The notes below the pieces were generated by a model that saw only the letters and a list, made by a program, of their open reading frames with translations, searched no databases and had not been told where the DNA came from. From NCBI GenBank assembly GCA_017388175.1, contig JAFOTD010000023.1, positions 10,002-74,001 of the forward strand: a DNA stretch of 64,000 bases, written 5' to 3'. Both the position numbers and the translations under genes were made by a program. The DNA comes from Clostridia bacterium. GTDB lineage: Bacteria > Bacillota > Clostridia > Christensenellales > CAG-138. Positions 10,441 to 20,821 of this stretch are shown here, in pieces; position 1 is the first letter of the stretch; each line of letters begins with the position of its first letter.

Positions 10441-12057
10441 TTATGGAAGCGGCGCAAAGATTCTCATGACCGCTTCCGCAGCCTTCATGCCGTCCACCGC
10501 CGCGCTGACGATGCCGCCGGCATACCCCGCGCCTTCGCCGACCGGGTACAGCCCCCGGTGCGAAACGGATTGCATCGATTCATCGCGCAGAATCCGCAGC
10601 GGCGAGGACGTGCGGCTTTCCACCGCCGTCAGAACCGCATCCTCCATGTCGTACCCTTTGAGCTGGCGTCCGAACGCCGTAAGCCCGTCGGAAATGCCCT
10701 TTGCGACAAAGTCCGGCAGACAGTCCGCAAGCCTCGTATAGCGCACGCCCGGACGGTACGTCGGCGCAACCGAACGGGACGGTCCCGAAGCTTCTCCGCG
10801 CAAAAACGCGCCGACCGTGGACGCTGGCGCGGTCCCGTCGCCGCCGCCCAAAAGGAACGCGTCGCGTTCGAGCTTGTCCAGATACCGAAGCCCGTCCATC
10901 GGATGCGTACCGAAATCGTCCGGCGTGATCTGCACGACGACCGCCGCGTTTGCGTTCTTCCCGTCGCGCGCAAAATTGCTCATACCGTTGACGACAATCT
11001 GCTCCCTGCCGCTTGCGCTTGCCACGACCTGCCCGCCGGGGCACATGCAAAACGTGTACACGCCGCGTTCGCCGCTCCTTGCGGTCAGCCGGTATTCCGC
11101 CGCGCCGAGCCGCGGATGATTCGCCATCGGACCGTACTGGCTTTCGTTGATGATGCTTTGCGGGTGCTCCGCGCGCACGCCGATCGCAAACGCCTTCGGC
11201 GCCATCGAAACACCCCTGTCAAACAGCATCCGCGCCGTGTCCCGCGCGCCGTGTCCGATCGCGAGCACGAGCGCCGCGCAGGGTTCCCACGTCCTTTGCC
11301 CGCCCTGCTCGACACAGACCGCCGTAACCAATCCGTCGACCGTTCTGAAATCGCAAAGCTTTGCCGAAAAGCGCACCTCTCCGCCCGCCGCTTCGATCCT
11401 TCTTCTGAGATTCCCGACGACCGTCCTGAGCCGGTCGGTACCGATGTGCGGCTTTGCGAGATACGCGATCTCCTCCGGCGCGCCGCAGGCGATCATTTCC
11501 GTCAGAACGCCGTCGATATGCGGATCGCGGATGCGCGTGGTGAGCTTCCCGTCCGAGAACGTGCCCGCGCCGCCCTCGCCGAACGCGACGTTGCTGTCCG
11601 GATCGGGTTCCCTGATCCCTCCCGACCAGTAGCGTTCCACGTCCTTTATGCGTTCCTCGATCGGTCTGCCGCGCTCAATCACGAGCGGGCGATAGCCGTT
11701 TTCGGCAAGCTTCAGCGCCGCAAAAAGCCCCGCGGGACCCAGCCCGACCACGACGATCCTGCCGTCCGCCTGCTTCGCTCCGAACGGAAACGGCGCGTCT
11801 TCGGCGGGTTTCAAAAGTTCCGCTTTCCATTTCGGATCCTTCAGAATCCGCTTTGCCGCTGCGTCGGTTACGGTCAGTTCCGCATGCACACAATAGAAGA
11901 TATCGTTCTTCTTCCTCGCGTCAAGAGACTGCCGAACGATCCGGATGCGTACCGGCGCGTCCTTTTCGATTCCGAGCTTTTTACAGCACGAAGCGGCGAA
12001 CGATTCGTCCGTCGCATCGAGCTCTCTTCTTAAATTCTGCAGATAAAGCGTTTTCAT
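10441..12057 (-). CDS. FAD-dependent oxidoreductase (uncharacterised COG2509-like)
   Basis: 538 aa; Rossmann motif VVVGLGPAGLFAALKLAENG; N-terminal part resembles the COG2509 family. Confidence 0.65.
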   Translation of the reverse strand: MKTLYLQNLRRELDATDESFAASCCKKLGIEKDAPVRIRIVRQSLDARKKNDIFYCVHAELTVTDAAAKRILKDPKWKAELLKPAEDAPFPFGAKQADGRIVVVGLGPAGLFAALKLAENGYRPLVIERGRPIEERIKDVERYWSGGIREPDPDSNVAFGEGGAGTFSDGKLTTRIRDPHIDGVLTEMIACGAPEEIAYLAKPHIGTDRLRTVVGNLRRRIEAAGGEVRFSAKLCDFRTVDGLVTAVCVEQGGQRTWEPCAALVLAIGHGARDTARMLFDRGVSMAPKAFAIGVRAEHPQSIINESQYGPMANHPRLGAAEYRLTARSGERGVYTFCMCPGGQVVASASGREQIVVNGMSNFARDGKNANAAVVVQITPDDFGTHPMDGLRYLDKLERDAFLLGGGDGTAPASTVGAFLRGEASGPSRSVAPTYRPGVRYTRLADCLPDFVAKGISDGLTAFGRQLKGYDMEDAVLTAVESRTSSPLRILRDESMQSVSHRGLYPVGEGAGYAGGIVSAAVDGMKAAEAVMRIFAPLP

Positions 12058-12070
12058 TTTCCGGCGCGGA

Positions 12071-13429
12071 TCAATGGTTCTGTCCGCTCTCGGTCTGCGG
12101 CGCGTCGGTCAGCTCCACTTCAGCCGTTTCAATCGAATACGTGATCGTAAACGGCGCCGCGCGATCGTCAAGCGTGAACGAAATCGGCAGCTCATGCTTG
12201 CCGGCGTTCCGGCCGGACAGATCGACCTCCGCCCGGATCCAATTCGGATTGAACGTCTGTAGGCCGAGGATCGTTCCGCTTACGGTCAGGGTAACGGTCT
12301 TGGGCTCGCTTCCCGTGAGCGAAAGCGAATTTTTGACGTTCACGTAATTGATCGTTATCGTGTGCGTAACGGGTTCTGCAGCCTGCCGTTCCGTAACGCT
12401 CAGCACGACGGAAATCGAACTGCTCTGCGTTTCTTCAAGCTCCGTTCCTTCCGGAACGATCAGATTGGTTTTCAGAACCTTCTCAGCCTGCTCCATTTCG
12501 GGCAGAATGCGTTCTGTGCCGATCGAATTGATTTCTTTGATGATGTCGTACGAACCGTACAGCCGCACGGTCTCCTGCGAGGGAACGCATTCGTACTCGA
12601 ACAGTTTGTTGAACAAATCGCTCGGGGAGACGTCCGGTACGATCGGAACGTCCTTATACGAACGAATGATCACCCGCACGTTGGTCGTTACGGACTCGCC
12701 GTTGCTCGTTACGATATCATCGAGAAGAACGTTTGCGCTGTCGTAAAACCGGACCGGAAGGTTCAGATCGTAGATTCCGGCAAGCGTCGACGGATCGTTG
12801 ATTGCAAACGACGCCAGATCCACCGTTACCTCGCCGCGCGCAATCTTATCGACGTCGGATTTCTTACCGCGGAACGAAACCGTAAGGTTCTGACTCTGCT
12901 CCAGCGAATACGTGAAGAGATCCGGAAGCGCGCCTTCCGTCTTGACGGAAACCCGCACGTTGCTGCGGGATGAAATTCTTGCGATCGTAAGATCGACCGA
13001 GCTGGTCGAAAGTCCTTCGATCGTGCCGTAATCAGCGTCGCGCAGGGTTGCCGTTACTTCCACGGAAACCGTCTTTGTGTCCTCGTCCGCGGCGAACTGA
13101 TTCGCGATGGTGGACAGGTCGACGGAACAGGTCACACGCGAAGCGTCAAGCTCGCTGTGCTTGCTGATTTTACACCGGATGTCGACGTCGGTCGTTCCGA
13201 TATCACGCGTTACAAGCATCAGACCGCGATTGTTCAGCGAGTCCTCGCCGAGGATCGCAATATCCACGTCGCGCACGCGCTTGACGTATTCGGGGTTTTC
13301 CATTGCGAGCACGTAGCCCCAGAGCAGCAGCGCAAACAGCAGTGCCGTGACCTTCAGCGTGATATTCTTGGTAAACAGGTTTTTGAAGAAACGGCCGAGC
13401 GCGGAGAAAATCTTTTGTCTTCTCGTCAT
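12071..13429 (-). CDS. cdaR: YbbR-domain protein, CdaA regulator
   Basis: N-terminal TM segment followed by a long repetitive beta-rich ectodomain, placed directly after cdaA. ATG 13427-13429 lies 1 nt from the cdaA stop; the ORF-track start at 13474 overlaps cdaA. Confidence 0.75.
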   Translation of the reverse strand: MTRRQKIFSALGRFFKNLFTKNITLKVTALLFALLLWGYVLAMENPEYVKRVRDVDIAILGEDSLNNRGLMLVTRDIGTTDVDIRCKISKHSELDASRVTCSVDLSTIANQFAADEDTKTVSVEVTATLRDADYGTIEGLSTSSVDLTIARISSRSNVRVSVKTEGALPDLFTYSLEQSQNLTVSFRGKKSDVDKIARGEVTVDLASFAINDPSTLAGIYDLNLPVRFYDSANVLLDDIVTSNGESVTTNVRVIIRSYKDVPIVPDVSPSDLFNKLFEYECVPSQETVRLYGSYDIIKEINSIGTERILPEMEQAEKVLKTNLIVPEGTELEETQSSSISVVLSVTERQAAEPVTHTITINYVNVKNSLSLTGSEPKTVTLTVSGTILGLQTFNPNWIRAEVDLSGRNAGKHELPISFTLDDRAAPFTITYSIETAEVELTDAPQTESGQNH

Positions 13430-13430
13430 G

Positions 13431-14282
13431 TTATGCCTCCGCCTCCTTCTTCCTGCGATTCCACGGGAACACAAACCCGTCGGTCTTCACCAGCAGCCCC
13501 TCGAGCACGTTGGTCAGCGCCTTGTCGTCGAGATACCGGATCAGTTTGCCCTCGCGCGCGACCGAGATCGCGCCGGTCTCCTCGGATACGACCACGACCA
13601 CGCAGTCGGACGCGGAAGAAACGCCGAGCGCCGCGCGATGCCGTGTGCCGAGTTCTCTCGACACCTTCATATCGTCGGACAGCGGCAAAAGACAGCTCGC
13701 CGCGATCACGGTCGTTCCGCGGATCACAACGGCGCCGTCATGCAGCGGCGTGTTCGGCTCAAAGATGTTTTCAATCAGCGCGCCGGAAAGCTGCGCGTTC
13801 AGCGAAACGCCGGTTGCGGCGATATCGCCGAGTCCCGAACGCCGCTCAAACACGAGAAGCGCTCCCACGCGGCGGTTGGAAAGATGCAGGATCGAGCGTT
13901 TCAGATCCTGCACGGTGCGGCGGGAATCGGTCGTGTCCGCGATCGCGCCGAGCTTGGAGATCCTGTGCGAACCGAGGCGCTCCAGCACGCGGCGGAGTTC
14001 CGGCGTAAAGAGAATGAACAGGATCAGAAAGATCGAGCCGCTTGCAAGAATGCTGTCCAGCACCCAGGAAATCGTTGAAAGATTCAGGTTCCGCGCGAGC
14101 AGGGATACCAGAAACAGAATCCCGATGCCTTTTAAAACCTGATAGGCTCGCGTCTCTCTGGTCCACTCCAAAAGCTTATATAAGAAAATGGCAATGATAA
14201 GCACGTCAAAGACGATGCTCACCACGTCGCCCGGCTGTTTGAACGCGCTCCAAGCCGTCCGGATGATCTTGATCAGTTCCAC
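13431..14282 (-). CDS. cdaA: Diadenylate cyclase CdaA (DisA_N/DAC domain, 3 TM)
   Basis: 283 aa with three N-terminal TM helices, then ...LHDGAVVIRG...RHRAALG, characteristic of the DAC domain. Confidence 0.9.
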   Translation of the reverse strand: MELIKIIRTAWSAFKQPGDVVSIVFDVLIIAIFLYKLLEWTRETRAYQVLKGIGILFLVSLLARNLNLSTISWVLDSILASGSIFLILFILFTPELRRVLERLGSHRISKLGAIADTTDSRRTVQDLKRSILHLSNRRVGALLVFERRSGLGDIAATGVSLNAQLSGALIENIFEPNTPLHDGAVVIRGTTVIAASCLLPLSDDMKVSRELGTRHRAALGVSSASDCVVVVVSEETGAISVAREGKLIRYLDDKALTNVLEGLLVKTDGFVFPWNRRKKEAEA

Positions 14283-14379
14283 GCTGCCGATCGCCTCCCT
14301 TTTTGCGTTTCCCGCTCTCCGAAGAAACGCATCAACACATATATTATAGCATCAATGCGTCATAAATGTCACGCAATTA

Positions 14380-15960
14380 TTACAATTTCCCGCGAATTTG
14401 TTCCGCGTTTTTCATCAGGTATCCGTACGTGACGCCGGACGCCGCCAAAACCGCCGCGGCGATCACCGGCGTGAGCCACCGCAGCCCGGAAAGAAGCGCG
14501 GGAAGCACGGATGCCGCAGTCAGTCCGAGCCCAACCAGCACCAGGATCAGCACCGCGCCGCTCTGTTTGACCACCTCGGTATCCGTTTCCCAGTCCAGCC
14601 GCGGCATCGCCGCGTTCACGTACAGGCCGAATACCGTGGTAAACAGCATCGCTGCGATCGGCATCAGCACGATCCCGAGCACGTCGACCGCGTTCAGCAT
14701 GCTCCGGTAAGCAATCGACAGCAGCGTGATCGCGATCAGCAGCGCCGGTCCGACGAGAAGCAGATTCATCAGAAGCTTGGCGTTCAGCCAATCCTTTGCC
14801 GGAACCGGCAGCGTCTTGGTGATCCAGCTCTGCTTCCCCTCCATTGAGATCGCGCAGGCGGTCGTCGGAGAAATCGTCGCGCATAAGATCAGGATGCCCG
14901 TGATCACGGTCGGCGCGATCCCGGTCATGGACGCCGCGTTCAGGACCGGAATCAGCGTTTTGGACAGCGCGACGCCGACGACGCCGAACACGACGATCAG
15001 CACCGCGCCGATGATCGTATTGATGACCCACGCCGTGCTGCTGAAAAACCGCTTTCGTTCGATCGTGAACAGCGCTTTCAGCGTACCGCTGCTTTTCAGC
15101 GCGCCGAGCCGGTAATCCTTTACGTGATACCCTGCGGTCAGCCGGTCGTGCAGCGGCAGAAACGTTTTGTTCAGCAGCAGCAAAAACAGTACGCACACAG
15201 CGGCGGATGCCGCGATAAACAGCGCGGAAAGCGGAAACGAGCCGCTTGCGCCGGACGCGAACCACTGTACCGGCGGATAGATACGCGCGATGCGCGACGC
15301 CGTCCGCTGCGGCGCCGAAAGAAAGCTCTCGCTGATCTGCGGCAGCAGATACGCAAAGATGATGAACGCCATCAGAACGATCATCTTGATCGTCGACGTG
15401 ACGCCCTTCTTATACTTGCTCTTTGCAAACGCGACGGAGAGCAGCAGATCCGCGCCGCTGCCGAGCACGACCGGCGCGACCGGAAGCAGCAGGAACAGCA
15501 GCATAAACGTCGGATAAAACCACCACACGGGATGCCGCATTACGGCGTAGACGACGCCGCAAGGCAGCACGTACGCGACGGAGTAAACCATCTCCGCCAG
15601 ATACATCGCCGCAAACCGCGCCAGCACGATCGTGGACGTTTTGATCGGCATGCCCATCAGCGTGTCGAAATCCGCAAAATCCGACAGCGTCGCGCTGCCC
15701 TGCGCAAACGCCATGGCGAGCGCGAACAGGCTCCCCATCGTGCCGACCAGAAGGAACGGGATCGACGCGTCGACGCCGGCAGACAGCATCTGCGCGGTCA
15801 GCACGCCGGACATCCCGCCGTAAACGACGACGATGAGCACGATGGCGGCAAGGCTCATGATCGCATTCCTGCGCTCCCTGCCGTCCTTTGAATACCGCAT
15901 CACCTGGAATCGGAAAATGCTGTTTACATACAGTTTGATCAGCGTCCAAAGCGGTTTCAT
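14380..15960 (-). CDS. ABC exporter permease (multi-pass membrane protein)
   Basis: 526 aa and very hydrophobic throughout; start overlaps the stop of the upstream ATPase gene (translational coupling). Confidence 0.65.
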   Translation of the reverse strand: MKPLWTLIKLYVNSIFRFQVMRYSKDGRERRNAIMSLAAIVLIVVVYGGMSGVLTAQMLSAGVDASIPFLLVGTMGSLFALAMAFAQGSATLSDFADFDTLMGMPIKTSTIVLARFAAMYLAEMVYSVAYVLPCGVVYAVMRHPVWWFYPTFMLLFLLLPVAPVVLGSGADLLLSVAFAKSKYKKGVTSTIKMIVLMAFIIFAYLLPQISESFLSAPQRTASRIARIYPPVQWFASGASGSFPLSALFIAASAAVCVLFLLLLNKTFLPLHDRLTAGYHVKDYRLGALKSSGTLKALFTIERKRFFSSTAWVINTIIGAVLIVVFGVVGVALSKTLIPVLNAASMTGIAPTVITGILILCATISPTTACAISMEGKQSWITKTLPVPAKDWLNAKLLMNLLLVGPALLIAITLLSIAYRSMLNAVDVLGIVLMPIAAMLFTTVFGLYVNAAMPRLDWETDTEVVKQSGAVLILVLVGLGLTAASVLPALLSGLRWLTPVIAAAVLAASGVTYGYLMKNAEQIRGKL

Positions 15961-16667
15961 GCGTCCGTCAGCTCCAAAAAGAGTTCCTCAAGCGTATTGT
16001 CGCCGCGCACCTCGTCCATCGGGCCGGAGGCGATCAGTTTGCCGTTTTTGATGATCGCAATCTTGTTGCAGAGCTTTTCGGCGACCTCCAATACGTGCGT
16101 GCTGAAAAAGATCGCGCAGCCCTTCTCCACCAGTTCGCGCATGATGCCTTTTAAGGTATGCGACGCCTTCGGATCCAGCCCGACGAACGGCTCGTCGAGC
16201 ATCAAAAGCTTCGGCTGCTGGATCAGCGCGCCGATCAGCGCGAGCTTTTGGCACATGCCGTGTGAATACGAGCCGACGAGATCGCCGAGCTTCGATTCGA
16301 TCTCAAACGCCGCGGCGTATTTCCGGATGCGTTCGCGCCGCTCCGATTCGCCGATGCCGTAGATATCGCAGAGAAAATTCAGATATCCCTCTCCGGTCAG
16401 GAACGTATAGAGATCCGGATTGTCCGGAATGTAGCGCATGATGCGCTTTGCCGCCATCGGATCCTTTCTGACGTCGATTCCGTCGACGAGGATCTCGCCC
16501 CCGTCGAACGGCAGAATGCCCGAAATGCACTTGAGCGTCGTCGTCTTGCCCGCGCCGTTGTGCCCGATAAAGCCGTAAATATCGCCTGCGTCGACCGAAA
16601 GCGTCAGCCCGTCGACCGCGCGCGGCCCGTTCCCGTAGGATTTCACCAGGTTCCTGATTTCCAGCAT
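15957..16667 (-). CDS. ABC transporter ATP-binding protein
   Basis: Walker A GHNGAGKTT, Walker B LLMLDEP, 236 aa. Confidence 0.9.
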   Translation of the reverse strand: MLEIRNLVKSYGNGPRAVDGLTLSVDAGDIYGFIGHNGAGKTTTLKCISGILPFDGGEILVDGIDVRKDPMAAKRIMRYIPDNPDLYTFLTGEGYLNFLCDIYGIGESERRERIRKYAAAFEIESKLGDLVGSYSHGMCQKLALIGALIQQPKLLMLDEPFVGLDPKASHTLKGIMRELVEKGCAIFFSTHVLEVAEKLCNKIAIIKNGKLIASGPMDEVRGDNTLEELFLELTDA

Positions 16668-16670
16668 TGC

Positions 16671-16940
16671 TTACTCCTCTTCCTTTTCACGGTAAAGCAC
16701 GAGTTTTCGCCCGATACACTGAATGACCTCTGCGCCGGTCGCCTCCGCCAGTTCCTCCGCCGCTTCCTTTGCGGAAAGCTCGCTCGTTTCCAGCACCGAA
16801 AGCTTGATGAGCTCGCGTTTTTTCAGCGCCGCGTCGACCGCCTCGATCAAAGGCTCCGTGATGTTTTCCTTGCCGATCTGAAAGATCGCGGTAAGCGTGT
16901 TCGCCTGTTTTCTGAGTTCTGCGCGTTCTTTTCCCGTCAT
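16671..16940 (-). CDS. yhbY: RNA-binding protein YhbY (CRM domain)
   Basis: 89 aa; LTGKERAELRKQANTLTAIFQIGKENIT...IKLSVL pattern typical of YhbY. Confidence 0.8.
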   Translation of the reverse strand: MTGKERAELRKQANTLTAIFQIGKENITEPLIEAVDAALKKRELIKLSVLETSELSAKEAAEELAEATGAEVIQCIGRKLVLYREKEEE

Positions 16941-16955
16941 TTCTGTTCTCCTTTA

Positions 16956-18227
16956 TCAGTTCGTAAAGTCAAATTCCCATTCGCCGAGCCGGATCGTGTC
17001 GCCGTCCTGCGCGCCCATTTCGCGCAAAGCGGAGATGATGCCGGTCTTGATCAGAAGCTGCTGGAAGCGGCGCATCGAAACGTCGTCCTCCGGATCGGTT
17101 GTATCGAGGATGCGCTCGACGTCGCCGCCCTCAACCACGTACGCGCCGGTATCGTCGCGATGCACCGTAAAGCCCTTTTCGTACTGCGCGCCCACGAGGA
17201 GCTCCGCCTCGTCGTACACGCGCACCGGCGGAAGCGCGTCGAGCATTTTCACGATGCAGTCGAGCATCGGTCCGAAGCCCTCGGTCGTCGCCGCAGAAAC
17301 CGCGAATACCGGAACGCCCCGCGGCTCGAGCGTTTCTTTGATGCGCTCGAAATGCTCCTCCGCGCCGGGAATGTCCATCTTATTGCAGGCGACAATCTGC
17401 GGCAAAGCGGCGAGCGCGTCGGAAAATTTCGACAGCTCCGCGTTGATCTTTACATAATCTTCCAGTGGATCGCGCATTTCGCTTGCTGACGCGTCGAGCA
17501 CGTGCACAAGAATGCGTGTACGTTCGATGTGCCGTAAAAAGTCGTGTCCGAGCCCCGCGCCCTCGGCCGCGCCCTCGATCAGCCCGGGGATGTCCGCCAT
17601 CACGAACGAGCGGTCGTAGAGCGTCGCCACGCCGAGGTTCGGCGTCAGCGTCGTGAAATGGTACGCGGCAATCTTCGGTCTGGCGCTCGTCAGCACGGAA
17701 AGGATCGTCGATTTGCCGACCGAAGGCAGCCCGATGATGCCGACGTCCGCGATCGTCTTGAGCTCCAGCTCCACCTGCCGTTCCTCGGTCTTCACGCCGT
17801 TTTGCGCAAAGCGCGGCGCCTGCTTGGTCGCCGTGGCAAAGCGCGCGTTGCCCTTGCCCCCTCTGCCGCCGTAGAGCACCACGCGGGTCTTGCCCGCCTC
17901 GCTCATATCCGCAACGATGCTGCCGGTTTCGATATCCCGCACAACCGTGCCGACCGGAACCTTGATGATCAGATCCTCGCCGTTTGCGCCTGCCTGAAGC
18001 TCCGCTCTGCCCGGCTCGCCGTCCTTAGCGCGAAAGTGCCGGTAGCGTTTGAAATCAAGCAACGTGGACTGCTGCGGGTCCGCGACGAACACGATATTGC
18101 CGCCCCTGCCGCCGTCTCCGCCGGAAGGCCCGCCCTTCATCACGTATTTTTCGCGGTGGAACGCCGCGCAGCCGTCTCCGCCGTTGCCCGCTTTGATATA
18201 GATCGTTGCCTTGTCAATGAACTGCAT
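16956..18227 (-). CDS. obg: GTPase Obg/CgtA
   Basis: MQFIDKATIYIKAGNGGDGCAAFHREKY..GGPSGGDGGRGGNIVF (Obg fold); G domain GLPSVGKST; C-terminal TGS-like extension. Confidence 0.95.
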   Translation of the reverse strand: MQFIDKATIYIKAGNGGDGCAAFHREKYVMKGGPSGGDGGRGGNIVFVADPQQSTLLDFKRYRHFRAKDGEPGRAELQAGANGEDLIIKVPVGTVVRDIETGSIVADMSEAGKTRVVLYGGRGGKGNARFATATKQAPRFAQNGVKTEERQVELELKTIADVGIIGLPSVGKSTILSVLTSARPKIAAYHFTTLTPNLGVATLYDRSFVMADIPGLIEGAAEGAGLGHDFLRHIERTRILVHVLDASASEMRDPLEDYVKINAELSKFSDALAALPQIVACNKMDIPGAEEHFERIKETLEPRGVPVFAVSAATTEGFGPMLDCIVKMLDALPPVRVYDEAELLVGAQYEKGFTVHRDDTGAYVVEGGDVERILDTTDPEDDVSMRRFQQLLIKTGIISALREMGAQDGDTIRLGEWEFDFTN

Positions 18228-18861
18228 GTTCGCAAATCTCCTTAATGGGACAGGTCCCGCACTTCGGCCGCTGCGCCGTGCAGACCTGTCTTCCGTGATA
18301 AATCAGCCAATGATGCGCGTCGCCCCAATCGGATTCCGGGATGTGCGCCATCAGCTGCTGCTCCGTCTTTTCCACATCCTTCGCCTCGGTCAGTCCGATG
18401 CGGTTTGCCACGCGGAATACGTGCGTATCGACCGCAATCGCCGGAACGCCGAACGCGTTCGAAAGCACCACGTTCGCCGTTTTTCTGCCCACGCCCGGAA
18501 GCTTAACGAGCTCCTCGCGCGTTTTCGGCACCTCGCCGTTGTATTGTTCGAGGAGGATTCTGCTCATCGCAAGGATGTTTTTGCCCTTGTTGCGATAGAC
18601 GCCGCAGCTTTTGATGTACGGCTCGAGCGTCTCAAAATCGAGCGCCGCGAACGCCTCCGCGGTGTTGTACTTCAAAAACAGCACGTCGGTGCATTTGTTC
18701 ACCTGCTTGTCCGTGCACTGCGCGGAGAGCATCGTCGCCACAAGCAGCTCGAACGGCGAGGAAAAATGCAGCGCCGGTTTTGCGTCCGGATACGTCTCCT
18801 TCAGAATGCCGAGAACCTCTGCCCGCTTTGCTTCACTTAACACGGCTTGCCTCCAGCGCAT
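18214..18861 (-). CDS. nth: Endonuclease III
   Basis: HhH-GPD motifs (LVKLPGVGRKTANVVL) and a C-terminal 4Fe-4S cluster loop, CTAQRPKCGTCPIKEIC. Start is uncertain (ATG 18861 or a nearby GTG); it overlaps the trxB 3' end. Confidence 0.85.
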   Translation of the reverse strand: MRWRQAVLSEAKRAEVLGILKETYPDAKPALHFSSPFELLVATMLSAQCTDKQVNKCTDVLFLKYNTAEAFAALDFETLEPYIKSCGVYRNKGKNILAMSRILLEQYNGEVPKTREELVKLPGVGRKTANVVLSNAFGVPAIAVDTHVFRVANRIGLTEAKDVEKTEQQLMAHIPESDWGDAHHWLIYHGRQVCTAQRPKCGTCPIKEICEHAVH

Positions 18862-19744
18862 AGGTCGCGGCGATCGCGCCGTCGGCACAGGCGGTCACGA
18901 CCTGCCGGAGCGGCGTGTTTCGCACGTCGCCCGCGGCGAATACGCCCTCAACGCTCGTCTGCATGTGCGCGTCGGTTTCGACGCTTCCGTTTTCCGCAAG
19001 CTTCACCTGCTCTTTGAACAGCTCCGTGCGCGGATTCACGCCGACCGCGACGAATACGCCGTCGGTCTGAAGATCGGAAACCTCGCCCGTCACACGGTTA
19101 AGGAGCCGCACGCCGGAAAGCTTGCCTTCGCCCAGGAACGCTTCGGGAACGCTGTTCCACACGAACGTGATGTTCTCCGTTTTCAGCGCGGCATCCGCAA
19201 GAACCGCGCTTGCGCGAAGCGCGTCGCGCCGATGCACGACGTAGACCTGTTTACAGAGCTTCGCAAGATACAGCGCGTCGGAGATTGCCGTGTCGCCGCC
19301 CCCGATGACCGTTGCCGTGCGATTTTTATAGAACGCGCCGTCGCAGGTCGCGCAGTAGCTGACGCCGTGTCCGGTCAACTCCTTTTCGCCCGGGATGCCG
19401 AGCGATTTGGGCGACGCGCCGGTGCAGAGGATCACGGTCTTCGCCTCGACCGTCTGTCCGTTGAAGGTGAACCGTTTCGGATTGCTCAGAAGGTCAAGTT
19501 CCGAGACGGAGCCGTATTCGATCCGAAGCCCGAACGCCGTCGCGTGCTCCTCGAACCGCGCCGCAAGCGCGTACCCGTCCGGTCCGTCCGAAATGCCCGG
19601 GTAATTGTCGATCCGATGCGTTTTGACGATCTGTCCGCCCGTAAACATTTCCTCGTACAGACAGACGTCCCCTCCGCCGCGCACCGCGTACAACCCCGCC
19701 GCCAGCCCCGCGGGACCGCCGCCGATAATTGCCAGATCCAACAT
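18833..19744 (-). CDS. trxB: Thioredoxin-disulfide reductase
   Basis: MLDLAIIGGGPAGLAAGLYA, redox-active CATCDG. SD GAGGA precedes ATG 19742-19744; the ORF-track start at 19774 is an extension. Confidence 0.9.
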   Translation of the reverse strand: MLDLAIIGGGPAGLAAGLYAVRGGGDVCLYEEMFTGGQIVKTHRIDNYPGISDGPDGYALAARFEEHATAFGLRIEYGSVSELDLLSNPKRFTFNGQTVEAKTVILCTGASPKSLGIPGEKELTGHGVSYCATCDGAFYKNRTATVIGGGDTAISDALYLAKLCKQVYVVHRRDALRASAVLADAALKTENITFVWNSVPEAFLGEGKLSGVRLLNRVTGEVSDLQTDGVFVAVGVNPRTELFKEQVKLAENGSVETDAHMQTSVEGVFAAGDVRNTPLRQVVTACADGAIAATYALEASRVK

Positions 19745-19880
19745 GCTATTTTCCTCGTTTCCGTAAAATCTCACAAATACAGTATATCGTTTTTTGCCGG
19801 GGCGGTCAAGGGAAACCGCTCGACAAAAGCCCCGATATGACGGAAGTTTTCAACAAGTTTGCAAATGCGGCGCGCATACG

Positions 19881-19906
19881 AAAAAAGCCGGCGCATATGC
19901 CGGCTT
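19881..19906 (-). terminator. Rho-independent terminator
   Basis: Minus-strand RNA: AGCCGGC-atatgc-GCCGGCT followed by U6, just after the stop of the 292-aa gene. Confidence 0.6.
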
Positions 19907-19924
19907 GGATCCGTATGATCGTGA

Positions 19925-20803
19925 TCAGTCGTCGAAGGTGACGGACTTCGCCCACCGTTCAAACGACGGGAGCATCTTTTTGTAGTCTTTCTGCAGTGTC
20001 ATGAACTCGAGATACCAGAATGCCTTATCGCTCTCGTAGAACGTAACGTAGCCCTTGAGCGTCTCGCCGGAGTTATCGTCTTTCATGGTATATTCAACGT
20101 ACGGCATGCCGTTCTCATGCTTCAGCCCGGACATGTCATCGACCTCGCTCTGCTCCATAACGTATTCTGCGATGTCGTCCAGCGTTACGCCGTCATTCAG
20201 ATTGGATTTCGACTCACGCGTGACGAAGACGATCGCATCGGAGGACCGAAAGACCGCGGCATATCCGACCTGCGACTCCTTCGAGAACGTTTTATTGAGC
20301 TTGATGGTCATCTCCTGCACGGTGAATTCCTGATTGCTCGATTTGCCCGCGCAGCTGACGCTGTCCTTGATTGCGAGTCTGGCGACGACACCGCCGACGA
20401 TCAACGCGGCGGTCAGAAGAATGGACAGAATGAGCTGCTTTTTCCCCTTCTTCACGGCTGTCTTACGTCTCTCCTGCACTTCCTCGGAATCGTTATTGTC
20501 AAACCAGAACGCAACGCCGGAACCCATGCCCGCAAGTTTTCCGGTCAGGGTCAGATCGGATTGCCCCACGGGAATGCGAATCGTTTCCACGTTCGGGCTC
20601 AGGCTCGTCTGCGTTACAAACACACGCGTTTCGCGATCGTCGATCTGAAATGAGACGCTTCCGCCGTTTTTCAGGATTCCTGCCATGCGGCACGGCACGT
20701 CGCCGATCATCGTGTCGAACTGCTCGTGGTCTTCAACGTAGACGTTGAATTTAACGGCAGCCCCCGTGAATTTCTTCTGTCTTTCAACGGTAATTGTTCT
20801 CAT
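19925..20803 (-). CDS. Hypothetical bitopic membrane protein
   Basis: 292 aa: a soluble N-terminal ~125 aa, one TM (LILSILLTAALIVGGVVARLAI), then a ~145-aa C-terminal domain. I recognise no motif. Coding-like composition and strong GC3 bias. Confidence 0.6.
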   Translation of the reverse strand: MRTITVERQKKFTGAAVKFNVYVEDHEQFDTMIGDVPCRMAGILKNGGSVSFQIDDRETRVFVTQTSLSPNVETIRIPVGQSDLTLTGKLAGMGSGVAFWFDNNDSEEVQERRKTAVKKGKKQLILSILLTAALIVGGVVARLAIKDSVSCAGKSSNQEFTVQEMTIKLNKTFSKESQVGYAAVFRSSDAIVFVTRESKSNLNDGVTLDDIAEYVMEQSEVDDMSGLKHENGMPYVEYTMKDDNSGETLKGYVTFYESDKAFWYLEFMTLQKDYKKMLPSFERWAKSVTFDD

Positions 20804-20821
20804 GGAATGATATGCCCCCTT

